64,000 nucleotides of DNA from Octopus sinensis. Lineage: Eukaryota. The translations under genes and the position numbers were made by a program. Of the stretch, positions 12,779-24,559 are shown one piece after another. The stretch spans positions 72,788,001 through 72,852,000 of the forward strand of contig NC_042999.1 of assembly GCF_006345805.1 (NCBI RefSeq). The letters run 5' to 3'. The notes below the pieces were generated by a model. It searched no databases and was not told the origin of the DNA. It saw only the letters and a program-made list of their open reading frames with translations. Numbering within the stretch: the first letter of the stretch is position 1; each line of letters begins with the position of its first letter.

Positions 12779-13084
12779 TGGCTGCTTTTAGAATATGCCA
12801 CCCAAATCTGGCAATGAAGGACTATATTTACCACGAATACAAAGAAAATTATTACAAAATACAAGCAAGAAAATTATTACAAAATATCAATTATAGAACT
12901 ACAAATATATCTAGTGCAGTATAATGGAAAATTAATACAAATAACTACGAAAATCGAACAAAAATGCTTTCTGCTTCAAGTGAACCAACAAATACAAAAC
13001 AAAGGTTAAAATAACAGAGATCTGTGAAGAAAACGGAGAAATAATAACAGAAATCGTGAAATGATTAATCCACATTACTCCGTG

Positions 13085-13302
13085 AGGAGCTTAGGGCCAG
13101 TTTACCGGTTTTTCTGGCGTATGTATTCCTCCCTGGACGGGATGCCGGTCTGTCGCATGATTCCTCATTTTCACCTGCTGAGTGGACTGGGGAAACGTGA
13201 AATGAAGTGTTTTGCTCAAGAGTGCATTGCCCGATCCGGGATCGAAATCGCAATCTTACGGTCATGTGTCCAACACCCAAACTACTAAGCCATACGCCCC
13301 CA
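13085..13302 (-). mobile_element. SINE (tRNA-headed, family 3)
   Basis: Minus-strand GGCGTATGGCTTAGTAG head and TTCGATCCC B-box; related to 43100-43410 and 27455. Confidence 0.65.
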
Positions 13303-13760
13303 AGAAATCGTGAAATGTTATGATAAAATGATGACAACAAAAAACCCTTATGGCGTAATATATAAAATAATTCTAGATTTTCTTTGCCTAAGAAAAAACG
13401 TCACCTTTGATCATAGGTTTTCTCGAACAGAGCTTACTTGGAGTAAATATTTCGATTGTGCACTCTGAAAGGTATCAGTAGTAGAGTAAAACAACTACTG
13501 ACCCCTTGGCTAACAATGACGTCCCAGGCTCAATCCAGCAACGTAGCATCTTGGACAAATATATTTTACCATAGTCTCGGGCTAACAAAAGCCTTGTGAA
13601 GGAACTCGGATAGACGGAAACTTTAACGAAGCCCATCCGATGAATTTCACTTGTAATTCATCGGTCTAGCCTTGACAGACACACTGTATCATGCTGAGTT
13701 TACCTGTGAATCTCATTAAGAGTATACGTTTCTCTACGGAATACTCAGCCACTGAATTCG

Positions 13761-13822
13761 CGAAATTCGTGTATCGAAATTCGTGTATCGAAATTCGTGT
13801 ATCGAAATTCGTGTATCGAAAT
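13761..13822. repeat. 14-bp minisatellite (CGAAATTCGTGTAT) x4.4
   Basis: Perfect tandem copies. Confidence 0.95.
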
Positions 13823-14014
13823 CGACGTGAGAGTCTTATCATATCGCAGGCCCACATTGAACGGACATTTCTGGAACTTTGATTCCCACCATCCGTACAG
13901 CATGAAGAAACGCCTCGTCCTCGACCTACCACATCGAGTGACCTAGACACATACCAACATGAAATAGAATTAGCGATACTGTTTAGAGAAACTGTTACTC
14001 TGCAAGCATAGCAT

Positions 14015-14352
14015 CAGAGGGAGAGGGTGGAGAGAGAAACGGAGAGGGGAGGGAGGCAAGAGAGACGAAAGAGGCGAGGGAGATGATAGAGAAGAGGAGG
14101 GGGAAATGGAGAGATAAAGAGATAGAGGAAGGAGGAAGAAGAGAGAGGAGAGATTCAAATGCAGAGATAAAAAGAGAGAGAAAAGGAGAAAGAGAGAAAG
14201 CGAGAGAGAGAAATAGAGAGGGAAGGAAACCGAAGAGGGTAAAGAGAGAAGAGGAAAAGAGAGAGAGAGACGGAGAGAAATGGAGAAGGAGGCAGAGAGA
14301 AACAGAGAGAGGGAGAAGGAAGGGAGGGAGGGAAAGAGCGGAAGAGAAAGAG
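14015..14352. repeat. Polypurine (GA-rich) low-complexity tract
   Basis: About 340 bp, almost all A/G. Confidence 0.9.
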
Positions 14353-15024
14353 TATCAACGCTGGGAACATTCATGTATCAATACGATATCATCATCATCA
14401 TTATCATATAATGTCCAAGTTCTATGCTGGCATGGTTGAACGGATTGACAGGAGCCGTTGAGTTGAAGGACATCGTACTCCAATGTCTACTTTCACATGG
14501 TTTCTGCGGCTCGATGCTCTTCCTTAGGCGATATAATATTGTTATATTATATCGCGTTAGGAATATAAAAATCTGTATGTGCGCGCGCGTGTGTATGTGT
14601 GTAAAAATTAAATCACCTTGTGAGAATAGAACTTCTCCTCCCATAGAATAGTTGCCGTTGAAGGTGGGGACATACGGTAAAGAGCTCTCATGAAGATTGT
14701 CCAGTTCAGTAACATGGTCTGTGACGTTATATAGGAACCTGTCAAAAGTAAAAGCATATTGTAAGCAACGCCATTTATGATGCGGCGGCGGCGGCGGCGG
14801 TGGTGGTGGTGGAAAAAAAATGAAGACGACGCTGGTAGAAGAAAGATTTATTTGTCAAAATTCGCACAAGAGATTCAGAGGGATGTAGATTTTATAATCG
14901 ATTTCTCAAAGCTGTTTATATGCACACCGCCTGTGACACGATATTGGTTTAATAACGTAGCCAATTCTCGCTCAAATGATCTCAATTTTTAACCAAATGT
15001 GTAAAAGCTAATTTCGGATCGGGC

Positions 15025-15400
15025 ATGCCAGTGATAATGACAATGTTGCTGATGAAATGGCCACCGAGTTCACCTGACTTGACACTTTGTGATTTTTTTT
15101 TTGTACGGAGCTATGTGAAAGGACTAGTCTGTATCGCCACTCTTCCTACAAGTCAACAGGAGCTCAAGTGGAAAATCACTGAGGTGCTGGAGAATGTTAT
15201 GCAAAACATGCTACAGAGCATATAAACAGCTTTGAGAAATCGATTATAAAATCTACATCCCTATGAATCTCTTGTTCAAATTTTGATAAATAAATCTTTT
15301 ATTGCTCAACATGAAGCTTGTATAATTTCGTTTGCCTCGGACATGTAGTTACTTAGATATTCACATTTCAAATGATGTCAATTTTGTAGGGACACCTTAT
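15025..15400 (+). mobile_element. Tc1/IS630-like transposase 3' remnant
   Basis: WPPSSPDLTLCDFFF..YVKGLV motif; TIR-like GGGACACCTTATA end. Confidence 0.7.
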
Positions 15401-15577
15401 ATTGTGGTCTCAAAAAAAGGAAGAACGGATTAGACATTGTATTCCCAAATATACAAAAATTTGGAATGCATGTGGCTAGGACGCCTTTGATCATAAGTCT
15501 CTTCAGTCAAGATTGGCCTAGTACTAAAAAATACATTATTTCGCCATAGGTTATTTTAGAGAGTAGTGTTCTTTTCT

Positions 15578-15777
15578 ACTCTAGGCACAAGGCTCGAAAT
15601 TTTGGGGAGGGGGTCAGATTGACCTCAGCACGCAACTGGTACTTAATTTATCGACTCCGAAAGGATGAAATGCAAAGCTGACCTCGGCGGAATTTGAACT
15701 CAAAACGTAAAGACAGACGAGAAAGCGTTAAGCATTTCGCCAGGTGTGCTAACGTTTCTGCCAGCACGCCGCCCTTA
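15578..15777 (-). mobile_element. tRNA-derived SINE, family 1
   Basis: Reverse complement of the family 1 consensus. Confidence 0.85.
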
Positions 15778-15866
15778 TGAAATTACATATGACACTATCT
15801 CAAAGTTTTAACAAATATATAGAAATCTATCTATAAACATCCCACACTTTTGAATTACAGAGAGGG

Positions 15867-17057
15867 CTATCTCAAACTAATTTTAATTTCACGCAAATCA
15901 TAGTTATATATATACTTACATAAAAAACCTGTTTGTGTCAAAATGTCTGGCATCTGGGCTGTTAACTTCCGGGGACACAAAATAACTGGCTGATCCCAGT
16001 TTGTTTCTTGATTGCTCCAGCTGTTTAAGGTAGTTATATGAAATTGCCATCTCAAAATATCTTTTACAGTCAGTGACATAGCAGGAAACACGTTTAAGAG
16101 GGCGTGTATTGGCACATAAGCTTGTCTCTGTCCTCTGTTGTCAGTTCTGATAAATCCTGGCAGGTTATACATTAAACCGTCAGCACCGGAGAACGGTAAA
16201 AGGCTAAGCGAATATAATTCAGAAGTAGAGCCCTGGAAATTGGCGCTGTTGATAGTGTTATTTGTATTGGCTATGGAATGGTAAAGTGAAAATAAAGTGC
16301 ACGAAGAAGAAGATGGGTCCTTCGTGGCCCAATGTTTTTTAACAACCATTTCAACCAAGCACGACCAATGGAATATAACTTGTTTTAAATTGACAATAGT
16401 ATCCATTTTAGGAAGCATTTGAAATTTGCTGAGAAACCTTGATTGCTGTTTGGAAGAACACGTATAGATATTCTGCGTTATTAAAGGATACTTCAGCTTT
16501 AGACGAAGGCAGTTTAACACAATGGTACAGTTTTTTCCAGTACAACCGGGAAATAGAACATCTCTAATATCAGACCAACTAGCCATGGGATTTCCTTGCA
16601 CAGAGATATGAGGGACAGACCATATGATCTGATTGGGTAATTTTGCTATAGAGTCACAAGACGGTAAGAAACTAGAGTTCAATACATTATCTATGTTTGA
16701 TACTAACTGAGAAGCTCTACAATTTAAACTGGATGCATCTTTGCTTATGACATGTTTCCAACGAACCAACTTGTTTAAATTCTGCCTATTCTTCCAAACA
16801 TCTTCCAAGTTAACTATAATAATTCCAGTATCAACAATCTGGAAATTTTCCAGGAATTTGGCTCGCTCACTGCTGGAACATTTGTGAATATTTTTTCGTT
16901 GCAGAGGATATTTCAAAGTGAATTTTAAACTATTTAGAACGATAGTGCAGTTTGATTCAGAACAATCTGGAAACAGGGTGATTTTTACATCTTGCCAATT
17001 AGCCATTTGAATATTACCCACATTTATATGTGGTATGCTTCTTATAAGATCTTCCAT
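15867..17057 (-). CDS. Uncharacterised protein exon with a tandemly duplicated domain of about 110 aa (Ski/Dachshund-like pattern)
   Basis: 396 open codons from ATG. Residues 5-113 and 145-253 align without gaps (50/109 identical by hand count). Acceptor TTTTATTTTGCAG ends at 17114. A GTAAGT donor at 15919-15914 suggests the gene may splice onward. Confidence 0.8.
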   Translation of the reverse strand: MEDLIRSIPHINVGNIQMANWQDVKITLFPDCSESNCTIVLNSLKFTLKYPLQRKNIHKCSSSERAKFLENFQIVDTGIIIVNLEDVWKNRQNLNKLVRWKHVISKDASSLNCRASQLVSNIDNVLNSSFLPSCDSIAKLPNQIIWSVPHISVQGNPMASWSDIRDVLFPGCTGKNCTIVLNCLRLKLKYPLITQNIYTCSSKQQSRFLSKFQMLPKMDTIVNLKQVIFHWSCLVEMVVKKHWATKDPSSSSCTLFSLYHSIANTNNTINSANFQGSTSELYSLSLLPFSGADGLMYNLPGFIRTDNRGQRQAYVPIHALLNVFPAMSLTVKDILRWQFHITTLNSWSNQETNWDQPVILCPRKLTAQMPDILTQTGFLCKYIYNYDLREIKISLR

Positions 17058-17360
17058 TCAGAAAATTTACTGGTAGGAATAATTGACACAAAAACCTATG
17101 TTTCTTCTAAAAACTGCAAAATAAAACAGAAAAGACATATCCTGAAACAAGCTTCTTTAGACTACACATAAAAGACCTTATACATTTTCAATTATTATTT
17201 TTTTTCTAATAATCCTTTCTAAATATTACTTATGTGTAAATTTACTGCAACAAGAAGTCATTTTTTTTATTAACATAATGAACAGAGGGAGATCCCATAA
17301 CACTAACAAAATACTCCAAAACTGATTAAATTAATGTTCAGTGATAAACCAAAAAATGAA

Positions 17361-17819
17361 AAGACTTCCTCCCGCCCCGCCCCATTTTCTCGCAATTTTT
17401 TTTTTTTTAAACCCACGTTTTCGGATACGGAGATTCCGGAAAGTTGCCAAAAATCGGAATTTTGAAATTTTTGCTTCCACTTACTCCCTCCCACCAATTT
17501 CTTCATTTTTCACTTTTTTCCGTAAACCTAACCCTAAAACCCCAACCCTATTCCTAACCTTAACCCTAACCCCAAGTAGAAAAAGTTTTGGAATTTTTTT
17601 TCAGAATCATAATCTCCGTATTTTTCCGCATATTTTGAAAAAAAATTCTGAAAAGAAGTTTAAAATGAAGAATTTAGGTGGGGTGGTAATTTCGAAATGC
17701 CTGTTTTTGCCAATTTTTTGGCAGATTCGTATTCTCTGTAGCCGAAAACGGGGGTTTGTGTATAAAAAAAATTAAATTTTAAAAAAGTGGTGTTTGGGGG
17801 AGGGTGCAAAAGAAGTCTT
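17361..17819. mobile_element. Diverged foldback element C with an internal (CCCTAA)-like tract
   Basis: Imperfect inverted arms at about 17409-17510 and 17662-17758; telomere-like tract at 17525-17575. Confidence 0.6.
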
Positions 17820-17937
17820 GCCAAAAAAATAAAGAACATAAAAGAAACTGACAAATGAAGATGTCTCAATTTATGGAGAAACTGCTTCCGTGTGTGTGTG
17901 TGATAATTAGCATATATGTATATATTATATATATATA

Positions 17938-17987
<50 letters not shown>

Positions 17988-18399
17988 TACTTTATTATGT
18001 TTTGTTATGCCCGAGATTCCACCGTTCGATGAAAAATTCTCTTTCATGAAACGTGTCCGTTGTACGAAAAGGTTAGGCTCTCTTGTTAGGGTGATCACTA
18101 ACCAAACGCCAGTAAATCAACTACTCGAAAAGTAGCCTCCCTTATCAATGACTAATAAAAATTTTGGCAGGGTATTTTCCCTTCATGATTATTACAAACA
18201 ACATCATTGTCGCTAACGTGAATTTCCTAATAAGAACTGACCTTAATTCAGTCCCAGCAGAGACTTCACAGCACACCTACGATTGGATCTCTACTCGTGA
18301 AGCGCATCTGAAAGATCACAGACATGCACCAAGTAAATCATTTAAGTAAATCAGTAAAGAAACATAAACAGATTCTACAGAATACATTAGTTTCGAATT

Positions 18400-18580
18400 T
18401 TTTTGGCACAAAGCCAGCAATTTCGGGAGAGGTGGGTAAGTCAATTATATCGACACCAGTGTAAAACTAATACTTATTTTGTCGTCCTCGGCAGGATTTG
18501 AACTCAGAGCGTAAAGACGGACGAAATTCCGCTAAGTGTTCTGCTCGGTGTGCTAGCGATTCTGACTGCTCACCACCATT
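18400..18580 (-). mobile_element. tRNA-derived SINE, family 1
   Basis: Reverse complement of the family 1 consensus. Confidence 0.75.
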
Positions 18581-18807
18581 ACAGTAGAATTACATTAAGG
18601 GGTCACTCTATTCGACTACACACATGAATTAAAAGCGAGGCGCGCGCGGTCTGAGGTGTGCATGGGACTTCTTCCTTGCACGAATAAAGCAAGTGATGCA
18701 TGCCAATGATATAAAGCTAATGCAAATAATAAATCAAAGTTTCATACAAATCTTTCATATTAGGAGAGACAACTAGAAACAGGGTATATATATATATACC
18801 CCACTGG

Positions 18808-18930
18808 GCAGAAGAGCTCCGCTCGAAACGTTAAACCCTCCTTCTTTCCTGAGCGTCCAATAATACTATATTTGTTCCACGTCCTCGCGTTGTTGTGTTT
18901 TTTGTGCTTTCATGTTTGGATTAACTTTAA
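18808..18930 (+). mobile_element. Penelope-like LTR fragment with a partial hammerhead
   Basis: GAAGA-GC-TCC-GC-TCGAAACGTT followed by a CT/T-rich tail. Confidence 0.4.
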
Positions 18931-18940
18931 CTATATGTAT

Positions 18941-19008
<68 letters not shown>

Positions 19009-19048
19009 ATATATATATAGTACATCATAAAACATATATGTATATTAT

Positions 19049-19209
19049 AGAGGCGCAGACGTGGCCGTGTGGTAAGAAGCTTGCTTCCCAACCACACGGT
19101 TCCGGGTTCTCTCTCAGCGTGGCTCCTTGGGTCAGTATCTTCTTCTATAGCCGCGGGGCGATCAAAGCCTTCTCGGTGGATTTGGTTGACGGAAACGGAA
19201 AGAAGACCG

Positions 19210-19274
<65 letters not shown>

Positions 19275-19280
19275 TGCGTG

Positions 19281-19328
<48 letters not shown>

Positions 19329-19555
19329 CGCGCGTGCGCGTGCGTGTGTGTGTGTGTATCCCCATCACCACTTCACAGCTCGTATTGGTGTGTCTACGTC
19401 TCTGTAACTTAGTGACTCGGCAGAAAAGACCGATAGAATATGTACCAGGCTTTTAAAAGAAGTACTGGGGTCGATTCATTGTACTAGAAATTCTTTAAGG
19501 CGATGCCCTAGCATGGTCGCAGTCTGATGGCTTAAAGAAGTAAGATAGATAAGAC
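19049..19555 (+). mobile_element. tRNA-derived SINE, family 2, with an internal (GT/GC)n tract
   Basis: GTGGCCGTGTGGTAAGAAGCTTGCTTCCCAACCAC head; related copies near 34634, 47090 and 62685. Confidence 0.75.
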
Positions 19556-20104
19556 ATAAAAGATATGCCTCGGATGAACGAGACAGTTATCTGCATCTAA
19601 AATACACCGAGGGATACTTTTGGCTTCTACATGTGTTAAGTTCTGGTTTCCACCATTTGTAAAACCAATCTACGTTTGCAGTTGCGTAGCAGCGGGAGTG
19701 CAAAGGGGAGATCACCCCCAGACGATATATTTATGAGGTTGGCGCTTTTGGCTCTGTTGCATAAGCTTGTATACGCTTGGCTGGCTGCCTAGTGGGGTAA
19801 ATTCAAAGATTACCACTGTGATGTGTATGTGTGTGTGAGAGAGAGAGAGAAAGAATGAGTGTGTGTGTGAGAGAGAGAGAATACGAGTGAGTGTGTGCGT
19901 GGGTGAGTGTATGTGTGTGTGAACGTACGTGCGTGCGTGAGTGTGTGTGTGTGTGTGTTTGAGTGTCTGCATGTGTGTGTATGTGTATGCATGTTTGCGT
20001 GCGTGCGTGTGTGTGTACGCGCGCGTATGTGGTGTGTGTGTTTGAGTGTATGCTCGAGTCTATGTGTGGGGGAGGGGTGCTTGCGTGTGTGTGTATGTCT
20101 GTGC

Positions 20105-20139
<35 letters not shown>

Positions 20140-20748
20140 TGTGTGCGAGTGTGTGTGAATTACAGGCGCATTTCACTTTCAAACGGAAAATATGAAGAAA
20201 ACTACTTTACCTTGTCTTATTCATGAGACTAGTGTATAACAAAATTATGAATAATAATTTTTTTAAAAAACGCTGAAAGCATTAGTTTGAATTTTTAAAG
20301 TTTTTAAATACTACTAATTAAAATCACAGTACGCATAGATATCCATTACAATACGTTAAAAACCCTTACACAAATACGCATATATAAGCCATACATACAT
20401 AAGAGAAACGTTTGTCTTTAAACGGACACAGAGGTATTTCCTTCATAGCTGCCTTTGTAGTGTAAGGTCCTTGCATGTACATCGTAAAGTTGACGAAGAT
20501 AAAAATGTGAGACATAAAACTAGATTGCTTTTATCTTTGACATTATCAATGAATTATTGCCCCTTTAAAATAGAGTTGCTTCCCTTGTATTAAGATCTTG
20601 CAATTAACGTCATAACTTGTAACAAAACATATATATATCAATGTACACTTCAGTCCATGAACTATAAACAAAATTTACAACGAACTTGAGGAAGGAAATA
20701 GTAGAAGAATAGAATTTAGGAGATTCATATTTATCCTTATGAGAAAAG

Positions 20749-20809
20749 GATGTGAGTCAAGTCAGATATTAACTATAACTCATAGTTAATATCTAACTTG
20801 ACTCGCATC
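20749..20809. repeat. Short hairpin (arms of about 28 bp)
   Basis: GATGTGAGTCAAGTCAGATATTAACTAT versus ATAGTTAATATCTAACTTGACTCGCATC. Confidence 0.85.
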
Positions 20810-20842
<33 letters not shown>

Positions 20843-20843
20843 A

Positions 20844-20897
<54 letters not shown>

Positions 20898-20910
20898 ATG
20901 TATATATATA

Positions 20911-21103
20911 AAGGGTACTATTCAGCACCAGTATTGATAGAAATTAGTCAAAACAACTCAATAACCACAAATAACACTATCTTACTGAGCTGACAAGGGA
21001 GACAAGCTTGTCTCCCTTGACAGCTGATTAAGGTAGTGTTTCTGTGGTTATTGAGTTGTTTTGACTCTTATTTCTAGCAATACTGTTGCTGATTGCTGCC
21101 CTT
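20911..21103. repeat. Loopless imperfect palindrome of about 190 bp centred on AAGCTT
   Basis: The arms are reverse-complementary; CTGACAA-GGGAGAC near the centre resembles the 5' half of a hammerhead. Confidence 0.85.
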
Positions 21104-21172
21104 CGTTCACTTTAGTGACGTATATATTTCTGCCTTTAGGTTGTACAATTGCGAATTAGCCACCCATATTAT

Positions 21173-21249
<77 letters not shown>

Positions 21250-21290
21250 TGTGTGTGTGTGTGTGTGTGAGTGTGTGCGTGTGTGTATGC

Positions 21291-23514
21291 TAGGTTGAGT
21301 CAAAAGCTTTTTCCAGATTTTCACTGATGATTTTTAGCAACTTGTATCACCATGTTATGTCATTAAGATTTTTTCCTTTTGACCGACAGATTTTTAAAAT
21401 AATTTTTTGTAACTAAACACTTTCTAACTTCGTATACTTGTAGAATGTGTCACATAAAACATCTTTTACTCTTGGCGTTGTTGAGAAAATTCTGTAATTT
21501 GGAAGTTATTTCTTGTTAAAGTTGTCGTATTTCGGTAATTTCAACCAATCAATGATGAGTATTCAGCTGAATAAAATTACTGCTGTTGTTTGTTAACAAC
21601 AACTATCGGCGGTGTATATTTCGTTTGTCACTGTTACTTATGACATCGTTCGTGTATTCGGACTGGTTTTAGCTTTAAGGTTTTAGGGTTAGGGTTTTAG
21701 GGTTAGGGTTAAGGTTTTAGGGTTAGGGTTAGAGTTAGGGTTTTAGAGTTAGGGTTAAGGTTTAGGGTTAGGGCTTTCGGGTTAGGGTTAGTGTTAAGGT
21801 TTTAAGGCTAGGGTTAGGGTTAGGGTTGGGGTTTTAGGGTTAGAGTTACGGAAAAAAAATTTTAATGAAGCACGAATGATTATGGTGGTGCCATGAAGTA
21901 AACATGCTTCAGATACACTCGTTTATTCATACAAACGTAACTGAGATGAAATATGTCATAAATAACAGTGACAAACGAAATATACACCGCCAGAAGTTGT
22001 TGTTGACATACATCGGCTGTAATTTTATTCCGCTGAAAACTCGTCATTGACTGGTTGAAATTACCGAAATACAACAACTTTAACAAGAAATAACTTCCAA
22101 AATACAGAATTTTCTCAACAACGCCAAGAGTAAAAGATGTTTTATGTGACACATTCTACCAGTATACGAAGTTTGAAAATGTTTAGTTACCAAAAATTAT
22201 TTTTTTTAATCTGTCGGTCAAAAGGTAAAGATCCTATTATTAATTTGATGCAAATTGTCCAATCGTTGCTGAATTGTGTATTCTTTATTTTCATATATAA
22301 CATATAAACATTAATTATTTATACTTTATTTAACAGCTTGGATAATGAGTGGTGCGAAAATTGCAATTAGACCCATTTTACGCTACATGTAGAAGAAAAA
22401 GACAGTGAGTGCGGTGGCAACAGTAAAACAAATTAATGATATGGAAATCCCAGGAATGGTCAACGAACGTGTGGCACAAAATGGTTTAAATGTTTCAAGG
22501 AAAGTGACACTTTCCTCAAAGACAACTTAAGGTTGAGGCGACCTTCTGTCGTTGAAAATGAAGCCTTGTTTGAAATGGTTGAACAACAGCCAAGCACAAG
22601 CTTATCTACAGAACTTGGTCCTTCACAAAGAATCGTCAATCGACACTTCCATAAGCTCGGCCTTGTGAATAGACGCTGTCAAGAAGCTCCTCATGAACTG
22701 GCCAATGACCAGGCTCAATGACCTGGGAACATTTGCAAACAACTGCCTCAAGATACCTTTTGTGGTGGGGGGGGCGTCGAATTGCAAACGGGGATGAAAA
22801 TGAATCTTTAGTAATCCTTTGGGGACTGCCAGAACGATGTAGATGCCTCTGATGAGAACCCAATAAGGTTCGGAAATCGGTCAAGGATGTTCATTCTTTT
22901 AAACGGCAATGCATCAGCATGGCCGCAGCACTGAGCTGAAACTAGAGAGAGAGAAAAAAGAGAAATCAGTGGCTTCGTTACAGTCAGGCCTCAGAACTTG
23001 TTGTCAAACAAGGGCAGTTTGAACGGAAGGTCATATTGTGTGTTTGGTGGAATTTCGAGGAATGTAGCGCTTTGAGCTTATCTCATATGGTCACACTAAG
23101 AACTCTAACCTTTATCCTTAACAACTACAGCTAGTATATGATGTTTTGAAAGCCCGCTAATCGTCACTGGTCAATCGAAAACGCACATTCCTACAACATG
23201 ACAATGCTCCAGCACACACTCAGCCAATGTGTTGGGTTGGAAGTCTGCCTTACCCTGCTTATTCCGAGCCATGACTCATTTCCTGTACGAACAGAGGTTC
23301 AGCAATGTGGATGAGGTTGAAAACAGGTTCAGGGTGTTTTTTTTTCCTCGAAACTAACTAAATGTTATAAGCGTGGAATTGAACATCTGGCACAATGATG
23401 ACAACAGACGATAGAATACAATGGGATATATTTTGATGAATAGACGCTTTTCGTACGTAACTGTTTGAGCTATTAATTAAAGCTTGAAACACGAAAAAAC
23501 TTTTCACTCAACCT
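21291..23514 (+). mobile_element. Decayed mariner element containing nested foldback element A
   Basis: TIRs AGGTTGAGTCAAAAGCTTTTT and AAAAAACTTTTCACTCAACCT. Transposase remnants KWFKCFKE..RRPSVV, APHEL, GDE, VWWN and QHDNAPAH, with stops. Confidence 0.85.
21366..22234. mobile_element. Foldback/MITE element A with TIRs of about 280 bp and an internal (TTAGGG)-like array
   Basis: Arms at 21366-21646 and 21953-22234; TTAGGG/TTTTAGGG tract at about 21676-21848; flanks TGTCATTA and TATTATTA (6/8 match, degenerate TSD). Confidence 0.9.
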
Positions 23515-24203
23515 GCCATAGTAGAAACCATCAGTTTTTAATGTGTAATTCATCTAACCAAAATCGATAAAATACGTATTAGTCAAGTTTGAGGTCGAAA
23601 GACTTGACACAGATCTCCGCCTTTATTAGGCATCAGTAATGGGTTATGTTCCTTTATAATTTGAGCTTAAATTCCGTAGGGGTCAATATGTAAGGAAAGG
23701 GTGATATAATTGACTGAACTATCCTCCAAAATACGAGACTTTATACCTATGTAGGAATTCAATATTATCATTACTTTGTTTACGCTCTCATTTTCACTGT
23801 TCTATATATCCACATTCAAATGGCCAGTTTTCGTCAAATTTTGCTTGTGTTTCTCGGAGTCGTGTCGTTTTGCAAACATTTTACCATAAATTTGATATCT
23901 TATGAACTGCCGTGCATTGTTCATGATCTGTATCTCGATCTTATTAAACAGTGCCCAGTCAGTAGAGGGAATATTTATTACTTAGTCAATTCGGCGTTAC
24001 CTCTCTTAGCAGTGTTCGATGCTGATGAGAAGATTACTTAAAAAGGCTTGTATCTATTGACATGGGTAGAGAGCGCTCCGAACTGACCTGGTATCTACAG
24101 TGAGAATATTTCTCGATGGCAAAACGCTGTAAATAGCCTTCTTATGGGTTCGAATGAGTATCAAACATACTTCAAACTAGACATATACATACATACATAC
24201 ATA

Positions 24204-24312
24204 CTGGTCTTTAAAGCTAAATGGTGAAAGCAATTAACATGTTTAGATCTTATTAAACCTCATCAGCAAAGGTATATCCAACTAATATAGCAATCGAGGT
24301 GTGATATATATG

Positions 24313-24346
<34 letters not shown>

Positions 24347-24427
24347 TGTATGTATGTATGTATGTATGTATGTATGTATGTATGTATGTATGTATGTATT
24401 ACATGTATGTATGTATGTATGTATGTA

Positions 24428-24459
<32 letters not shown>

Positions 24460-24559
24460 CACACCTCGATTGCTATATTAGTTGGATATACCTTTGCTGA
24501 TGAGGTTTAATAAGATCTAAACATGTTAATTGCTTTCACCATTTAGCTTTAAAGACCAG
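24204..24559. repeat. Perfect inverted repeat of about 105 bp around a (TATG)n/(CATA)n core
   Basis: The arms look identical by eye; each contains CTGATGA-GGTTT..AGATC-TAAACATGT. Confidence 0.9.

Noticed and set aside
14083-14439. Arg/Glu-rich ORF
   Set aside because: Translation of the GA-rich low-complexity tract.
21676-21848. True chromosome end or ancient fusion site
   Set aside because: The tract is short, degenerate and enclosed by TIRs with a probable TSD.
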